Source: Nageia nagi
Taxonomy: Eukaryota; Plantae; Pinophyta
Length of the DNA: 64,000 bases
Reading direction: 5' to 3'
Assembly (NCBI GenBank): GCA_050084985.1
Contig: JBITNC010000001.1
Span: forward strand, 154,132,001-154,196,000
In this document: positions 1-14,012 of the stretch, piece by piece
How positions within the stretch are numbered: position 1 is the stretch's first letter
Layout of the letters: each line of letters starts with the position of its first letter
Translations under genes and position numbers: made by a program
The notes under the pieces: generated by a model
Database searches by the model: none
What the model was told of the DNA's origin: nothing
Seen by the model: the letters and a program-made list of their open reading frames with translations, nothing else

Positions 1-385
1 AAAAAAATGACAATGACACAAGATGACTAAGATAATGATTAAACATGAAGAAATTTCATTAATCTTAATACTCTTCCTTAATAAGAACTTCATCTTTAGA
101 AGTTGGATGAATCTATCTTCTACTAGATTTTTTTCAAGATATCCACTAAATAATGCTTCATAGGGATGTATTGGAGATTGATTTTTTCTGTTGAACTCTA
201 TATTGAATAAATAGCATCTGCATCTCAATATGGGCTGCACATCAATGTTTAATGGGATTCTTCATTATAGTGATAGTTGCTGAATCTACGTAACCTCTTG
301 AATTGATTCAATAACACTCTTATAGTTGAATTCCAAAGAAGGCAAAGCCACAATGCTATCTTTCTTAGTAGTTGGAATAGACCAA

Positions 386-1523
386 TGTAAGGATCCAAAT
401 CACAACTCAAGTGCAAATTAGCAAATTTAATTCAATCAACCCTAACATTTGCTCTAGGGCATCCAAACAATGCATACACAACCCAAATATGCCAATGTTT
501 GGCCAAGATCAATACACAACAATTATTACAAGCTTTCTATGCCAACGTTTGGATTACACATGCAAGAATAGATAATCAAACCACAACGTTGCAATAATGA
601 AGCACACACACAAATGATATGAGATCCGAATGCCCACAGGCTGTATATATGATATGAGATGAATAGAAATACAATCCTAAGCTCCCAAAGGTAGACGTTG
701 GCCTCTAAGGACCCAACTAGGGCACAATGTGTATCCTCAAATTGAATGGACGGATGGGAAAGTCTTACTCCCTCAGAACTCGAATCCTCTCCACAGAAGG
801 AGCCCTTCTCTTATCCTGGAAACCATTGAAGGTAGAAGCACAACCTCGTAATACCAACGAATGGGAAAGGATGCTGCACCAATGCTGTAGACTAACAGGA
901 TCCCTCAGCCGGATATCCCTTCTAGATGTTGCACCTAGGGGATTGCTTAGCGCCGCTAAGTCTTCTTGTCCTTTGGATGGTATAAGTGTAATAATAATCA
1001 AGCATATCTAGTAATGAGGCTCCAATGCCCTTTTTATAACACTTGGCTGGATCTGGATCTCACCCAAGAATCATTCTCAACTCCTCTAATCCAACGTTAG
1101 CCTCTTGGAGGGCCCAGAATGCCCAACGTGGGTGCCTAGGGGTCAAGCATGCCAACTTGGGGGCCTTGAGTGTCATAAGTGCCAACATGGGGATTTGGAC
1201 TGCCACGCATGCCCAACGTCGGCCTAGGAGCCATGCATGGGGGCTAGGTGTCATCATGGGCCAACGTGGGGGTCTAGGAGTCTCCCCAAGTCTGGCACAT
1301 GTATGCAAGAGCTCATCCATCAATCTAAGTGCTAAATAGACCTTGGGATTCCCACAATCATGATTAGGATCTCCAAGTACATTAAAACACCTATTCTATG
1401 CTTGGGAGGAAGAGGTCCCACTTAGGGCTCACAGTGGGTTCCATTGACCCATTAAGTCTTCTATCCAAAGTATTAACTTAAAGTACAATGCAATAATAAA
1501 TATATTACAAAAGGGACATTGCA
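386..1523 (-). mobile_element. Solo LTR of a Ty3/gypsy (chromovirus-type) family
   Basis: TG...CA termini (minus strand TGCAATGTCCC...GGATCCTTACA). Flanks ACCAA (381-385) and ACCAG (1524-1528) form a 5-bp TSD with 1 mismatch. Its reverse complement aligns along its length with the 3' LTR at ~56260-57390. No PBS or PPT is adjacent. Confidence 0.85.
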
Positions 1524-2439
1524 ACCAGCTTAGAAACAAACCAGAAATTGAGGGTTTTGCAAAATGAATTCAAAAATTTTTCAAGTAAAAACCAGGTCTA
1601 CAAATCTATTCAGAAAATGATACCAAAATGCCAAATTGGCTAGATCTAGCCACAAATTTTTTTATACATTTTTCTGCAAGTGGAAAGACAAGTTAGGGCA
1701 CTCAAACTACACAAAAATTGCACCAAAAATCCCAAATGAGCTGCCTAGGGCTGGATGTCTCACTAGGGGTCCAGATCTGTCTTGAACAAGCACAAAAGAA
1801 GTCCCATAAATTGGGTGATCTTGCTTGGAAGATAAATCAGGTCTGAACATGCAAAAAAACCTCTTCAAAATGCTTCAACTAGCTGGTCATTTCAGTCTAG
1901 GGTTTCAAACCCTCAAACCTGATGCTTAAATATCAATGGAGCACAAATGAGAAACTTGGATGGATTCTTAATAGAAAACTCAAGGCTGGTCATCCTTAGG
2001 TTGATCATCAAGAGGCTGGCCAACCCCTAAGGTGCCTACTTTTGCAGCTGGCCTTCCACAAAAGGAAAAGATATTGCTTCAGTAATAATCTCAAAATATC
2101 CAAATAATCAAAATGTCCTTGCAAATGAAAGTCTTTCTTCTCAAATAGGCAAATGATCTCTCTTAGGGTTGTTACAAGACATCCCTAAATCCAATGCTTC
2201 TCATGAGAAGATGAATCCTCACCCTTGGATGCACCATCTAGAGGGTCCCACATTCACTTAAAAGCCTTTTAGGCACATGCCAAAGTAGATACAAATGCTA
2301 ATGACATTTTATAATGTTTGGTCTTTTATTTCTTTTATTTAGAAATACTCCTAAACATTTAGCTAACATCCCTAACACACTTTATTTAAAATATAACATA
2401 ACTAACCTCACTAGAACATCACTTTATTTGAATGAAATT

Positions 2440-3254
2440 GCACAACTTCATTTTATGTTACTATGAGCTTGGACATGTAATGTTAATCATTGATGTGTGT
2501 TGCTTAGATGCTTGAAACATTTTACAAACTTGAGACGTGGGTGAAAGAATGGTTGAATATCTTCTCGAAGTGTTGAATGTGATACATAGTTAATGATTGT
2601 TCATAGTAACCAGCTAGGCTTGTATAACTTTGAGAGTGGGTTCCCTTATGACGTTTAGCGTGAGAACTTCACCCAAATATTGAAAGTGTCACCCGTGTGT
2701 TCCCTTAGATGCATGCTCCCTTCACTAGTCCATTTGTGTTGTTGGCTAGTGCGAGTGGATGTATCCTTCTTCTAGACCCTTCGTGTTGTTTGGCTAGAAT
2801 GAGAGGATGTGTGGATGCGTGGAACTCACAACAAACCCGGAGGGACTTGGCATTCAGACACTATACTCACCGATGGAGCTTGATGTAAAGGGCTGAACTC
2901 ATGTGCTCCGGGCCATTTCAATTTTCCCTCCTATTTTTCTTTATTTTTTTTCACTTTTTTCCGTGGTTTTTGCAACCCCTATGTTACTTGTTTTGTTTTG
3001 AGAAACGACCCTTGTCTAGATGTGGAGACAATCCGAGTCCTTGATTAACAAATTTTATTTGAGTTGGTGTCAGATTCAAACATCCCAACCAGTCTCTTGA
3101 GTCCTGTTCTTGTACATCCATTTCACGAGACCTTTGAGGTAACCAGTCCTCATAGCAGGTAGGGATAATGCCCTTCCACCTAGGTGTTGGTTTCTTTGTG
3201 AGCCTTGCAAGCCATTTGTCTATTCGTAGGGTAGGAAAGAAAAGGCCTACAACA
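2440..3254 (+). mobile_element. Right (R/U5) part of a Tat-type LTR related to the LTR ending at 17514
   Basis: 3000-3254 matches the reverse complement of ~17514-17770 and ends in CAACA. Weaker similarity continues upstream. No PBS follows. Left boundary uncertain. Confidence 0.7.
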
Positions 3255-4646
3255 AGACCTTTATAGAAGAACAAGGATATATCAATATTGCTAATGCAAT
3301 ATTAAAGAAGGATCTCAGTAAACGGATTTTGTCACCATTTTTATTATTATTTATTGCTGTAAAATGTATTCCTAGTTTATAATATATTCTTTACATGTAT
3401 AGGCAAATTGTGAATCCTTCAAGTCATAGATCGGACTGCTATAGTTATACCTCAATCATACTAGAAAAAGCTTGAGAGGATCAACACAATTAAAAAATAG
3501 GTTCAAGGGGTTTTTGTAAAGATACATTAAAGATAATTTTAGCGAAAACCAACTAGACCCTCATATTTTATTGAAGCAAAGAATTGATGCACTTGGAACA
3601 TCAATGAAGGAGACTAGTGGAAAGGAGCATCAACTTGTTTACAAAGTTTTTGAGACTACAAGGGGATGAAGGCTTTAGCCTTGCTTACAGATGTTCCTTG
3701 TGTGTTTGAAAATGGCTCATCATTCGGCCTCATAAAGCAATCTTAGGGTGGGCAATTGCTTTTTTTTTTTTTTTTAATATTTTGTACTTTTGTGGATTAG
3801 CAAGTGGGAAATTTGAGGGAAAACAAAGTGGGTGGCACCATTTTGGTGGGATTGCATGGTCTTGTATGGGCATGTTGACATGGCAACTATACTAGAGTGT
3901 CTGGTGTGTTTTGTGATCTTCATGGTCATTGTTTTTTGATCTTTAGGATCATTGCTTTGAATTTGCCTTCACCATGTATTTGTCAGATGTAATTACTATG
4001 TTTTCTTTTTCTGAAAATAAATGTGTATAAATTTGTAGATATCTATTTATACACATTGTTCTAAGTGTGTCCACCTAGGTCAACCTTTAGTTTATAATAC
4101 TCACAATATGATGTTTCTTTGTACCAAATTGGTTTTGTTATATTGCTATTATCTTGAGCTATTTTTAGAGGCAATGTGATCAATTACGTTTGTAATAGAT
4201 ATATCAAAATATATCGTGGTGGGATAGGGAAAGTGAACCTTATTACTTTTTGAGTTTCAGACCTTGTTAACTATGTTGGTTTGAGTATCATTTTTTGCTG
4301 CATTTACTGTTTTCTTGTTCTCATTGTTTGTTGGATATGAGCTTTTGTTGTAACTTGCACTGCGGTTTACATATTTGACTATGCGAACCTCATGTAAGAA
4401 TATTTCTTTGGAAATCATCGTGTGAGTCAAGCTTCCAAAAGGCAAATTTATGTTGTCACATACATATGACCATATATTCTTGATCAAAAAATTCAAAATT
4501 ATCTCATTCACATCTGATTCTTCTACTAGAGTACGTATGCTTTGCCATAGATTCTTGAACCAAGGAATGTATTAATCAAGTTTCTCATTAGGTCCTTGCT
4601 GAATCACATAAAAATCTGCTGCTATAACTGGTTTTTGGACTTTATG

Positions 4647-5336
4647 CAGTGTTCCACACGACCGGGGAACGGGGAAACGGGGGAACATGTATCCAGGAAC
4701 GGGGGAAAAATAGAGTCATTTTTGGGGAACGGCAAGGAACGACAAATATAATACTAGTAAACATTATCAGAATTTTCAGATTTTTCAGATTTTATTGTTT
4801 CCAATTGATTATTATTAATTTATTATGATGACTGATCATATTATCAAATTTAATCATGTATACAAATTAAAAACATGGAATTGAAATTAGAAACTAAGAA
4901 ATTCAACTTCAAGATAATCATAAAAAATGGTAATGTCTAAATGATAAATCATAAATCTGATAACACAATCATAATTTCATATGTCTGAAAGACTGAATCA
5001 AATACATAGAGGGAACATCAATATGTCGAACAAATATTTGAATAACAAAATGAAAATGCCAAAATAACCACTATAGTCTATGCCCTATGGCTCTATATTT
5101 TCATGTGCTAATGGTTGTGTATCCATATCCTCCTCATCTGCTAAGCTCTCATCATCCAAATGAAGAGTGTGCAATGGCAATGCAAACATCGACTCATCAA
5201 CCTCAAGTTGGCCTGCTTCCACTGGATCAACGTCCCAACGTGCAACTGGACTAGCCCTATACTCTGGCATAACTCTCTCTTTGAGGCGAAGAGAGCTATG
5301 CACTGCAACTAACTTCTCTGCTTTATGAGAAGTAAG
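4647..5336 (-). mobile_element. 3' end of a young hAT DNA transposon (TIR plus subterminal repeats), truncated by the assembly gap
   Basis: Begins CAGTGTT (hAT-type terminus) followed by clustered GGGGAAC(G) subterminal repeats at 4664-4740. The transposase C-terminus reads toward this end. CpGs are retained. Confidence 0.75.
5085..5336 (-). CDS. hAT transposase C-terminal fragment (dimerisation domain end plus acidic tail)
   Basis: LTSHKAEKLVAVHSSLRL...ARWDVDP matches the hAT dimerisation consensus (RNRLTxxxAEKLVyVHsNLRL). Open frame up to the gap. Confidence 0.75.
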   Translation of the reverse strand, partial: LTSHKAEKLVAVHSSLRLKERVMPEYRASPVARWDVDPVEAGQLEVDESMFALPLHTLHLDDESLADEEDMDTQPLAHENIEP

Positions 5337-5436
5337 NNNNNNNNNNNNNNNNNNNNNNNNNNNNNNNNNNNNNNNNNNNNNNNNNNNNNNNNNNNNNNNN
5401 NNNNNNNNNNNNNNNNNNNNNNNNNNNNNNNNNNNN
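5337..5436. other. Scaffold gap (100 N)
   Basis: Run of exactly 100 N; the sequence on the two sides is unrelated. Confidence 0.99.
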
Positions 5437-6740
5437 ATGAATACATATATTCGATGAGCCATGCAAAGAGGTACCTTCCAATGTATCTAGGTTTTAGAAG
5501 GTGAGCAGGCCTCCTGATGCTCTAGCTAACTCCTTTCAGTCATAGTTTTCTCTTCTCAATTTGTTTTTTACTATGTTCTTCACATCTCACTTCTTAACTT
5601 TAGTCTCTTTTAGTGTTAGTATATCTAGTATTACTTCATGGTAAAGGTACCAAATAACCCCCTACTTACTAGGGGAATTGTAAACCCTTAAATTCCAATT
5701 GAGGATTACCATTGGGAATTTCCCAAGGCCTTTCAACTTTCACTCTTCTCTAGAGGAATTTGAGTACCATTTTACACCTCTTCATCTATTTCCTTATTCT
5801 TAATTCTTGATTTTATATCCTATCAATTACTTTACCTATATTTGTTATCTTCCTTAGGTTACTAAAAGTTCTTCATACCTCATTCTGGTTGCCTCCATTC
5901 GATTCCATTTCTTGGTCTATACCTATTAATTCTTTCCCTTATTGCCCCTCTATTTCTTGGTTATTTTATAGCTCATTCTCTTTTCTCTATATTTTTCTTA
6001 TTATATTGTATTCTATTTCTTCTTCATTAAATCCTATCACTATTCCATCCAGAATGGCTAAAGGTTAGGTATTAGCTTCTATGATCTCTTCTATCCTAAT
6101 TCTACCTACATTACTTAGTGCTTTGAAAGAATTTATATTTATAGTATTCATCTACCTTGTGAGGTTGTTTCTTTGTTTATTCACTTGGTTTCTATTAGTA
6201 TTCTAGACATATAGGATTCTTTTTATTGGTTTTCTCTATCCATGCTGTTGTTTAGGAACTTCTTCTTTTTTCTTCTTTTATGACCATTCCTTCATAATGC
6301 TAAAAATCCATAGATATTGCATCTTAATGATAGATTTTCATATACTACCTCCTATTCCTAGGTTTTTCCATCTTATTCATTAAGATAGATATTTTTTGTA
6401 GGTCTTTTGTGATATCAACATTTACATAGAACCGTGCCTCCATCATTATTGTTCCTATTATAGTTACTTTATTAATTTCTACTTAGGAGATAATTGCATT
6501 TACGATTCTTGCAATTACACTCATATCCTATTAGTCCATTGGGAAATATGGTAGATTTACCCAAACCAAAAACAAGTCAAAGTTTTCCTTTTTTGAATGA
6601 AAATTGGGGTTCCATATTTTTAGTACTAAGCCTTTGTGACCAAAAAACCAAGGACCTAGATTCAAAACACTATTAATATCATCTAATTTTGTGAATTCAA
6701 AAAGGATAAATTCACAAGGATTGTTCATAATTTATTCCTA
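5437..6740 (-). pseudogene. Decayed L1 LINE: ORF1 (DUF4283-like) and start of ORF2 endonuclease
   Basis: VLNLGPWFFGHKGLVLKIWNPNF...VWVNLP is plant L1 ORF1. WNLRVYNSP (~5700, cf. SWNVRGLN) and ASGGLLTF (~5510) are APE endonuclease motifs. Many stops. Confidence 0.75.
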
Positions 6741-7329
6741 CAATAGAGAAATATAATTAAATAGTTAAGTTGAGAGTTAATTTTTTTCATATATTATACA
6801 TAATACATGAGATTTTCTAGCATTTCATGATGTTTTAAAATATCTCATATCATTTTTGCATATCATATAGTGCATTTAGATAATTTCATATCATATGGTA
6901 CAATTGCATCATTTTAGAACATATGGTGTATGAGGTCAACTTATCATTTTTTGATTAGTTTTTTACACTTTGAAGAAAAAATCAAGGTTGGATAGTTGCT
7001 TTCCTTCTCCATGCTAGGATTTGGGCTCCATTTTGAGATATCTTTTGAGCTCCTTTTTCTACAAGAATATGATTTTTAGAAAGCTGATATATTAAACTCC
7101 AAATTATGATATTATAAACTACCTTTAGTTTAATGATGGTATAACTATACAAGCATGAAAAATATAGTTTATTACTTTTTTATAGGTCTTTTATGATAGT
7201 CACATCAATTTTTGGGCCCCATTTTTGGACATGATTTTAGCTCTCTTTTGAGAAGGATAGATATTTTGTTGAAAGGTATATGGTACTTCAATAGTTTTAG
7301 TTTATGAAATTTTATTTGCATATGCTTAA

Positions 7330-8270
7330 ACATATTTACATGCTTTTCAAAAAATCCATTTTATGCATATCCTCCAATCATTATAATCCATGAAACTATG
7401 TTGGCATCATGCATCTTGTCAAATAATTATTGGGCCTTATGTATTCTTACATATTTTGCATACATTTCTATAGGGAAATAATAACCATAATATTAGATGC
7501 AAAATCATTTTCAACTACTCTTTGATGGATATCCATACCTTATTTTAGATCTCCTATGGCAACACATTATTGAACAAAGCATGCATCATGTATCTTGTCA
7601 AACAATTCAAAGCTTTCATGAAGTTTTATTTTCATTATGCATTTTATCAAATAATTCAAAGCTTACTCAAGATAGCTTGCATTTATAATAAGGTAAAAAA
7701 TGCATGCACAGTGATTCATTTCAAAACTAATACACATATTACAAGAATGCTTATAAAGATTATAGATTCTATCTTTGCATCTGATAATTGTATCTACCTA
7801 AAATTATCTATAGGCTTTTCAAAAAATATGATTTATGCAAATAATTGTAGTCCATAAAACTATGTTTGCATTATGCATCTTGTCAAATGATTCTCGAGCC
7901 TTATTTATTCTTACACATTTGATATACATGTATATAGGTCACTCATAACCATAAAATTCAATGCAAAACCATTTTCAACTACTCTTTGGTTGATGTATAT
8001 ACCTTCTTCTAGAGTTCCCATGATAGCACATGTTAGAAGAATGCTTATAAAGGTAACAAAGTTTGGATTTACACCTATCAATTACATCTACTTAAAATCA
8101 TCTATATCATTTTTAGAAAATATACTTTATTCATATCTTCAAATCATTACGGTCCATGAAATTATGTTTTCATCATGAATCTTGTTAAATAATTCTTGGG
8201 CCTTGTGTATTCTTCCATATTTTACATACATGTTTATGGGGTACTCACAACCATAATATTTGATTCAAAA
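7330..8270. repeat. Degenerate tandem repeat, about 3-4 copies
   Basis: Core 'ccatgaaactatgttggcatcatgcatcttgtcaaataatt...ggccttatgtattcttac' recurs at ~7388, ~7852 and ~8154, and partially at ~7580. Confidence 0.7.
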
Positions 8271-9060
8271 TCTATCATATTGTCACTATATGATACATCG
8301 AATGTCCATGGACTAGGCCAATATAGAGGTATGGTTAGGCATTCCTTTGAGTTTCACTAGTCTTTGACTAAGATGAGTAAAATAAAAGATTGATCTTAAG
8401 GGTAAACCAAAGAGGTTAAAACCTATAGGATGATTCTACTTGAGTAATCAAGGATGTTGTAGTTTGGAAGAATTATTCCATCATATTTTCTATATAAAAT
8501 ATAATATAATAATGCTTCCCAAATATGATTATTTTAAAATAATAAACTACCTCCATATAATTATTATTTTTAAAAAATAAAACTAAGGGGCAATTTAAAA
8601 CTACCTCCTTAATAATTAAGCGGGCAATTTATAACTATCATATTAGAAGTTAAGGTGGTGGTTAATAATCACCACATAATAAGTTAAGGGAATGATTAAT
8701 AACTACCTCTTTAGGACCTAAGCGATATTTTTGGGACTATAAGTAAGTATTTATTAATCACTACCATAGAGAACCAACTTTAATGACATTTGCACAAATT
8801 TCAAACATATAATCAACACCAAAAGGCTTCAAGGGTAGTTTTAAATTGCACTGAAAGACCTTTTTTTAGTCTAATGGATTCTAGTGAGAAGAATTCTACT
8901 GTACACAAGGGGATAGAGGTGTGGAGAAGGAAAATGAAAAACATACAAATAATTGATGTAATTTTTAGACCATGTTAGGTTATAAAGGTAGGTTTGTGTG
9001 ATATCAAATATGAGTTAGCATGGAAAAGATGCAATTGCTCATATTATTTACTATTATGAT

Positions 9061-9082
9061 ACACACACACACACACACACAC
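9061..9082. repeat. (AC)11 microsatellite followed by poly-T
   Basis: Read directly. Confidence 0.95.
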
Positions 9083-10269
9083 TTTTTTTTTTTATTGAAG
9101 TAGTTACTTATAAATTTTGAGGAGGAGGGTGTATTCCTTGTGATAACTCAAGGGAGAGGATACATTCAATTCTATCATATCTCCTTCCATTCATTTGTTC
9201 TTAGCATGAAGTAACTAGTTTAAAATAAAGACAAGAGAACATAGCTACACCTCCTAATCTTTTCTTTGCCTTCTTCCATTCAATGATGCCTTCACTACAA
9301 AAACCAAGAAAAAGAAATGGAAAGAGAGTACCATTCAAAATGGGCTATCCAATGATAGTATCATGAAGATCATGTTTCAAAGGAATATTCTTAATATCTT
9401 TTATATTATGCTTCTTCTCCTTTAGGACATGTAATATCAAGGTTATATAACATCACACTTTTAAAGGGAGCCAACTATTAACACTTAAAATAGAAATATT
9501 TTTTTATTTTATATATCATGAAACAAGATGATAATATATGTACTTTATTTGATATCATCTATAATATATTTCGTTATGTCATATATTTTATTTTCATGGT
9601 GATAGGATCAAAGAGCACTTAAAAAGGTATCTTAGTCCTAGAGGAGACTTTTCTATACAAAGAGGAGATGTACACATTAGATAACTATAAAACCTTGATA
9701 GCTCTTACTCACATATTTTTATTCTTGAATATTTGATGTGATTGTTTTCTCTTGATTCCATATATCAAGATTTGAGTTTTATCCTATCATATAAGATCTA
9801 TTTCCTATATTTCACTTCATAAAATAGAATAGGTTTACATTCATAGGTTATTATATGATAAAATTTTATTTAAACATCATCTATTTAGGTTTTAGAGTGT
9901 GGGTGCTAGGTTGCATAACTCAAGAGACCATGGGCTAACATATGAAAAGTGAGGCCAATTTAGTTCATATATCACAAATGAAGTATCAATGACTTATTTC
10001 TAGCATCTAATTTTATTCCCAAGTAAGCAATATGAGTATTATATCTCGATTATCATCTTGATAGGACTATGTATGATCCAATAACCAAGGTATTATTTAT
10101 ATTTAATGCTTTAATGTGATCCTTGGTTGTTATTAAGTGATTAATAATTATTATTTAATTGATATATTTATACCCTCATTAATATATTACTGGGCTTGTT
10201 AGATACATATGATTATTTAATTATTGAATATCTTTTATATGTTTATAAAACCACCATAAAAAAGGAAAG

Positions 10270-12260
10270 GCACAATTGATTTCTCCTCCAATTATCAAAA
10301 GAATATATGTAATGAAGCCAAATAACTCCTTTTTGAATTTATTATTAGCCTCCTTCCCAAGTACTTTAGATAACATACTGATCATTCTATCAATGGAGGT
10401 GTAGAAGTTGGTGTGATTAGAATTGATGAGAGTATTTCCTTTCAACTCTTGATATTTTTCAAACATGTAATACTTGATCACGATGATTGATTTGCTTGTG
10501 GCTTGATAATTGATGAATGTTGTTTCTTCTCTATGCTCATAATATCCTTATCTCAACCACTAAAATGTTTCTTTATTACCTCCAAGATTAAATCCATGAT
10601 CAATTATCCTTTAGTATCTCTAAGCACCTTCTCACCAATTTTCTAATACTAGCTCACCTCTAGGCATGAATCTAGGAATGGGACTACAAAGAATATGATG
10701 GTAGCCATTGTAAGACCTAAAATGAAAATGACATCCTTTTCAACAAATTCATGTCCATGCTTTTGAATTTCTCCCTTATCTATATGAGATAAATGTTTTG
10801 TTAGTTTATGTCTTCAATGGTGGCAAACCCATTCTTAGTGAATTTAGCATCTTGCTTCAAGGGTTATTGTCTCTAACACATATCAATGATGCTATCCTTC
10901 CCCAACTACTCAAGGTCCATGGCATACTCATTAGCCCCATTGTTTCTTGAATTTATCATCTTAATGGTAAGTGAGTTGATGGTACCTCCTTAGAATCCCA
11001 CATAAGCCCTCTTGGATATGAATCTTGAAATGATGTCTTAATCTCTCCTTCTCCTTGGCATAGAAAATGAAGAGTAAAATTATTTGAATTTATTAGATGA
11101 ACCCAAATCTATTCTATTTATAGAAAAAAATAGGTTTACAAAAATCCTAGTAGACTAGATTTAGGAGAAAAATAATCTTAGCTGCTCAAATGGCCAACCT
11201 TAAGATGCATTTTGCTCTAGAATTTAAAAATTAGCACCTTAGGACTTGGCACAAGGTATGAGAGTGGTATTTTGGACTAATGCATGAAAAAAAAGACAAA
11301 ATATTATCTTTTTTTCCATGCACCATGCTTGAGGGTGACTCAAATTCCAGCGCAAGTTTCCTAGGCTTTCTAGTTCATTTAATTGATCCTTGCATTGATC
11401 TCTCCTATTCTAGTTCTTCATGATTTCATCTTCCCTTGGGTCCTAACTTGTTAAAATTTTACTTCAAACTCTTCCTAGACCCTCTTAGACTATGCACATG
11501 CCATAAAAAGTCACTCACCTATATTTATTCCATGTGTTAGCCTTCCTAGTCTCTTCATTTTTGGTGCATGCCATAAAAAGTAACCTACATATCATTTTTC
11601 TTTTGTGTTAACCTTGCTTTTCCTCATTTTACTTGGTTTTAGTACTAAATGTGTATGAATTAGCCAAATTTTACCTTTTACTTGATCATTTACTCCCTCC
11701 TAGTTGGGTGCATTTGAAAAATAGTGATAATCTTACCTTTTGCAAGCACGCACTATCTCTCCTTAACCCTTATTTGTTTTATTTTTGACTTAAATGCTCA
11801 TGTATTAGCCAATATTCACCTTACTATCAACCTATGTCCTCCTAGCTAGCTAGCACATGCCAACAAAAGACATAATCTTATCTTTTGGAGGCATGTGTTA
11901 GGTCTCTAGGAAAGCTAATTTGGCTTTCTCTATTCAAAAATCCATCTTGCTCCTCTTCCTAGTTTGGAACATGCTAGAAAAAGATACAATATTATCTTTT
12001 TTATTTTATTTTTATCATATGCTAGGCTTGAGGGTGAACAATATTCCAACATAAGTTTCCTAGGCTTTCTAGTTCATGTACTTGATCCTTAAGTTGACCT
12101 TTCCTATTTTAGCTTTTCATGATTTCATCTTCCCTTGGGTCCTAACTTGTCAAAATTTCACTTTGAACTCTTCTTTGACCCCTATTAGGTTGGATGCATG
12201 CCACAAAAACTAACCCACCTATAGGTTTTTCCATGCACCACCCTTCCTAGTCTCTCTAGT
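10270..12260 (-). repeat. Second copy of the U3/extra-ORF region (partial 3' LTR)
   Basis: Direct, diverged match to ~21190-22920; ORFs 10221-10481 and 21088-21324 are paralogous (HTNFYxSIDRMIxMLSxVLGK). An internal ~290-bp duplication pairs ~11270-11560 with ~11970-12260. Confidence 0.8.
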
Positions 12261-12269
12261 TTTCTCTTT

Positions 12270-14012
12270 TTCTATACATCTCAAATACATGCCATGAAAT
12301 TTCCTTTTATAGAGGATTCCATCTTGTATCATAAACATAGTTGATTTATACCTTAGGTCTCTCTTCTAATATGAAATATAGCTTGGAGGATATGCACTTT
12401 AAGTGATATAATGTGTAACATCCTTATACTAATACTCTGACAAAGTAGTGAATTGGAAAATTTAAAAATATGAGTTCATCATGCCATCTGGTGATCTTGG
12501 TATTTTTTCATTTTGGAAAGATGCCAAAGTTTGATTAATACCTTGATCCCTAAAAATTTTCATAGGTTAAATTATCATGTTAAATTCTTAAAGTGTAGAG
12601 ATTCAATTTACTCTTTGAACTCCCAATTCCTACTGGGCTAACAAGTTCTTAATAGTTGGGTAAGGTACTATAGCAATCATCTCACTACATAGGATGTAGT
12701 GGTACAACTTCTTAAGTATTGTAGCCAAGGAATATGTTTGTTTATTAAGCATGGGATATTTGACAGAAATATATTTTAGTGGGGTGCTCATAAAATCAAT
12801 AAGTTTATCTTTTTCATCTTCATCCTTCTGACTTAGGACTCTTGCTAGTGAATTCTTCAAGGTGAAGGAGTATAAGTAGAAAGCATTTTTGTAATCAAGG
12901 ATTGTGAGGATCAATGCCTTGGATATGGATTCCTTAATGTAATAGAAGAAATTATTTTCCTCATTGTTAATCTTTATCTTTGCATCTTTTTTCATCATTT
13001 TTGTGAGTGGTTTCATAATTTTAGCATAACCTTGTATAAATTTGCCAATAAAATTAATCTCACCCATGAAAGACCTAATCTCTTTTAGGGTTTATGGGTA
13101 TGAGATCTTCTTAATGACCACCACTCTTTTTGGATGTATAGAGATAGCCTTATCTAAAATTATATATCCAAGTAATATTCCCTTTGCGACCCCAAAGATA
13201 CACTTCTTGGAATTCAATGATATTTCAAATTCTCTTCACATTTGGAATATCTTACTCAAATGTTGAGAATGATCATTGCTATCCTTAGAATATACTATGA
13301 GATTGTCTATGTATATAACAATGTTATTACCTACAAGATATTTCAAAGCAAAGTCCATGACTCTCTAAAATGTGACCCTAATATTTATAATTTTGAATGG
13401 CATACAATTGCATGCAAAAGTTACTCATTTGGTGGTGAAAGTGATCTTCAATCGATCCTTCTCATCCACCAAGACTTGATTGTAACCCAAGTATCCATCT
13501 AGAAATGACATCAACTAAGCACCATTTCCCATTTGAAGGACTTAATAAAGTGGTGGAAGTGGATATTTATCCTTTTTTGAAGCATTATTGAGATGTTAGA
13601 AATCTATACACACCCTTATCTCCCTCAACTTCTTCTTAATAGGGATTATATTGGAAACCTATGTAGAGTATCTTATCGATAAGATGATTCATGACTCAAA
13701 TAACTTCTAAAATTCTTAGAACACTCTGGGATCTAGCAAAGGATTCAAAATATGTTATTTCTTCCTAAAGAGATTTGTTTTTGGTTTCAAAGGTATGGTT
13801 TGAGATATTATCCTTGGGTTGCATATTTTCAATTGCTCATATGTCCAAGATATCACATCAATGTAATATTTACAAGATTTTATTATCTCTTCTCTTATCT
13901 TACCCTTCAAATATTTTCCAATAAGTATATTCTTTGGATTTTGATCTATCCCCAAGTTGATATTTTCCATTTCTTCCACATTGATATGTTCTTTAGGCCT
14001 ATTTTCTTGCAT
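12270..14012 (-). pseudogene. Reverse transcriptase - RNase H - start of integrase (Tat lineage)
   Basis: INLGIDQNPKNILIG, RVCIDF..LNNA..KDKYPLP, LDGYLGYNQV, KCIFGV..G.LLG, MGEINFIGKFI..YA, and GILYKRKFHGMYLRC where the sequence breaks off. Confidence 0.85.

Noticed and set aside
727-1339. Four short ORFs
   Set aside because: They lie inside an LTR, have no recognisable domain, and I see no sign of conserved frames in the related LTR.
5085-5462. 125-aa ORF spanning the N run
   Set aside because: Its start lies across a scaffold gap in unrelated L1 sequence; only 5085-5336 is meaningful.
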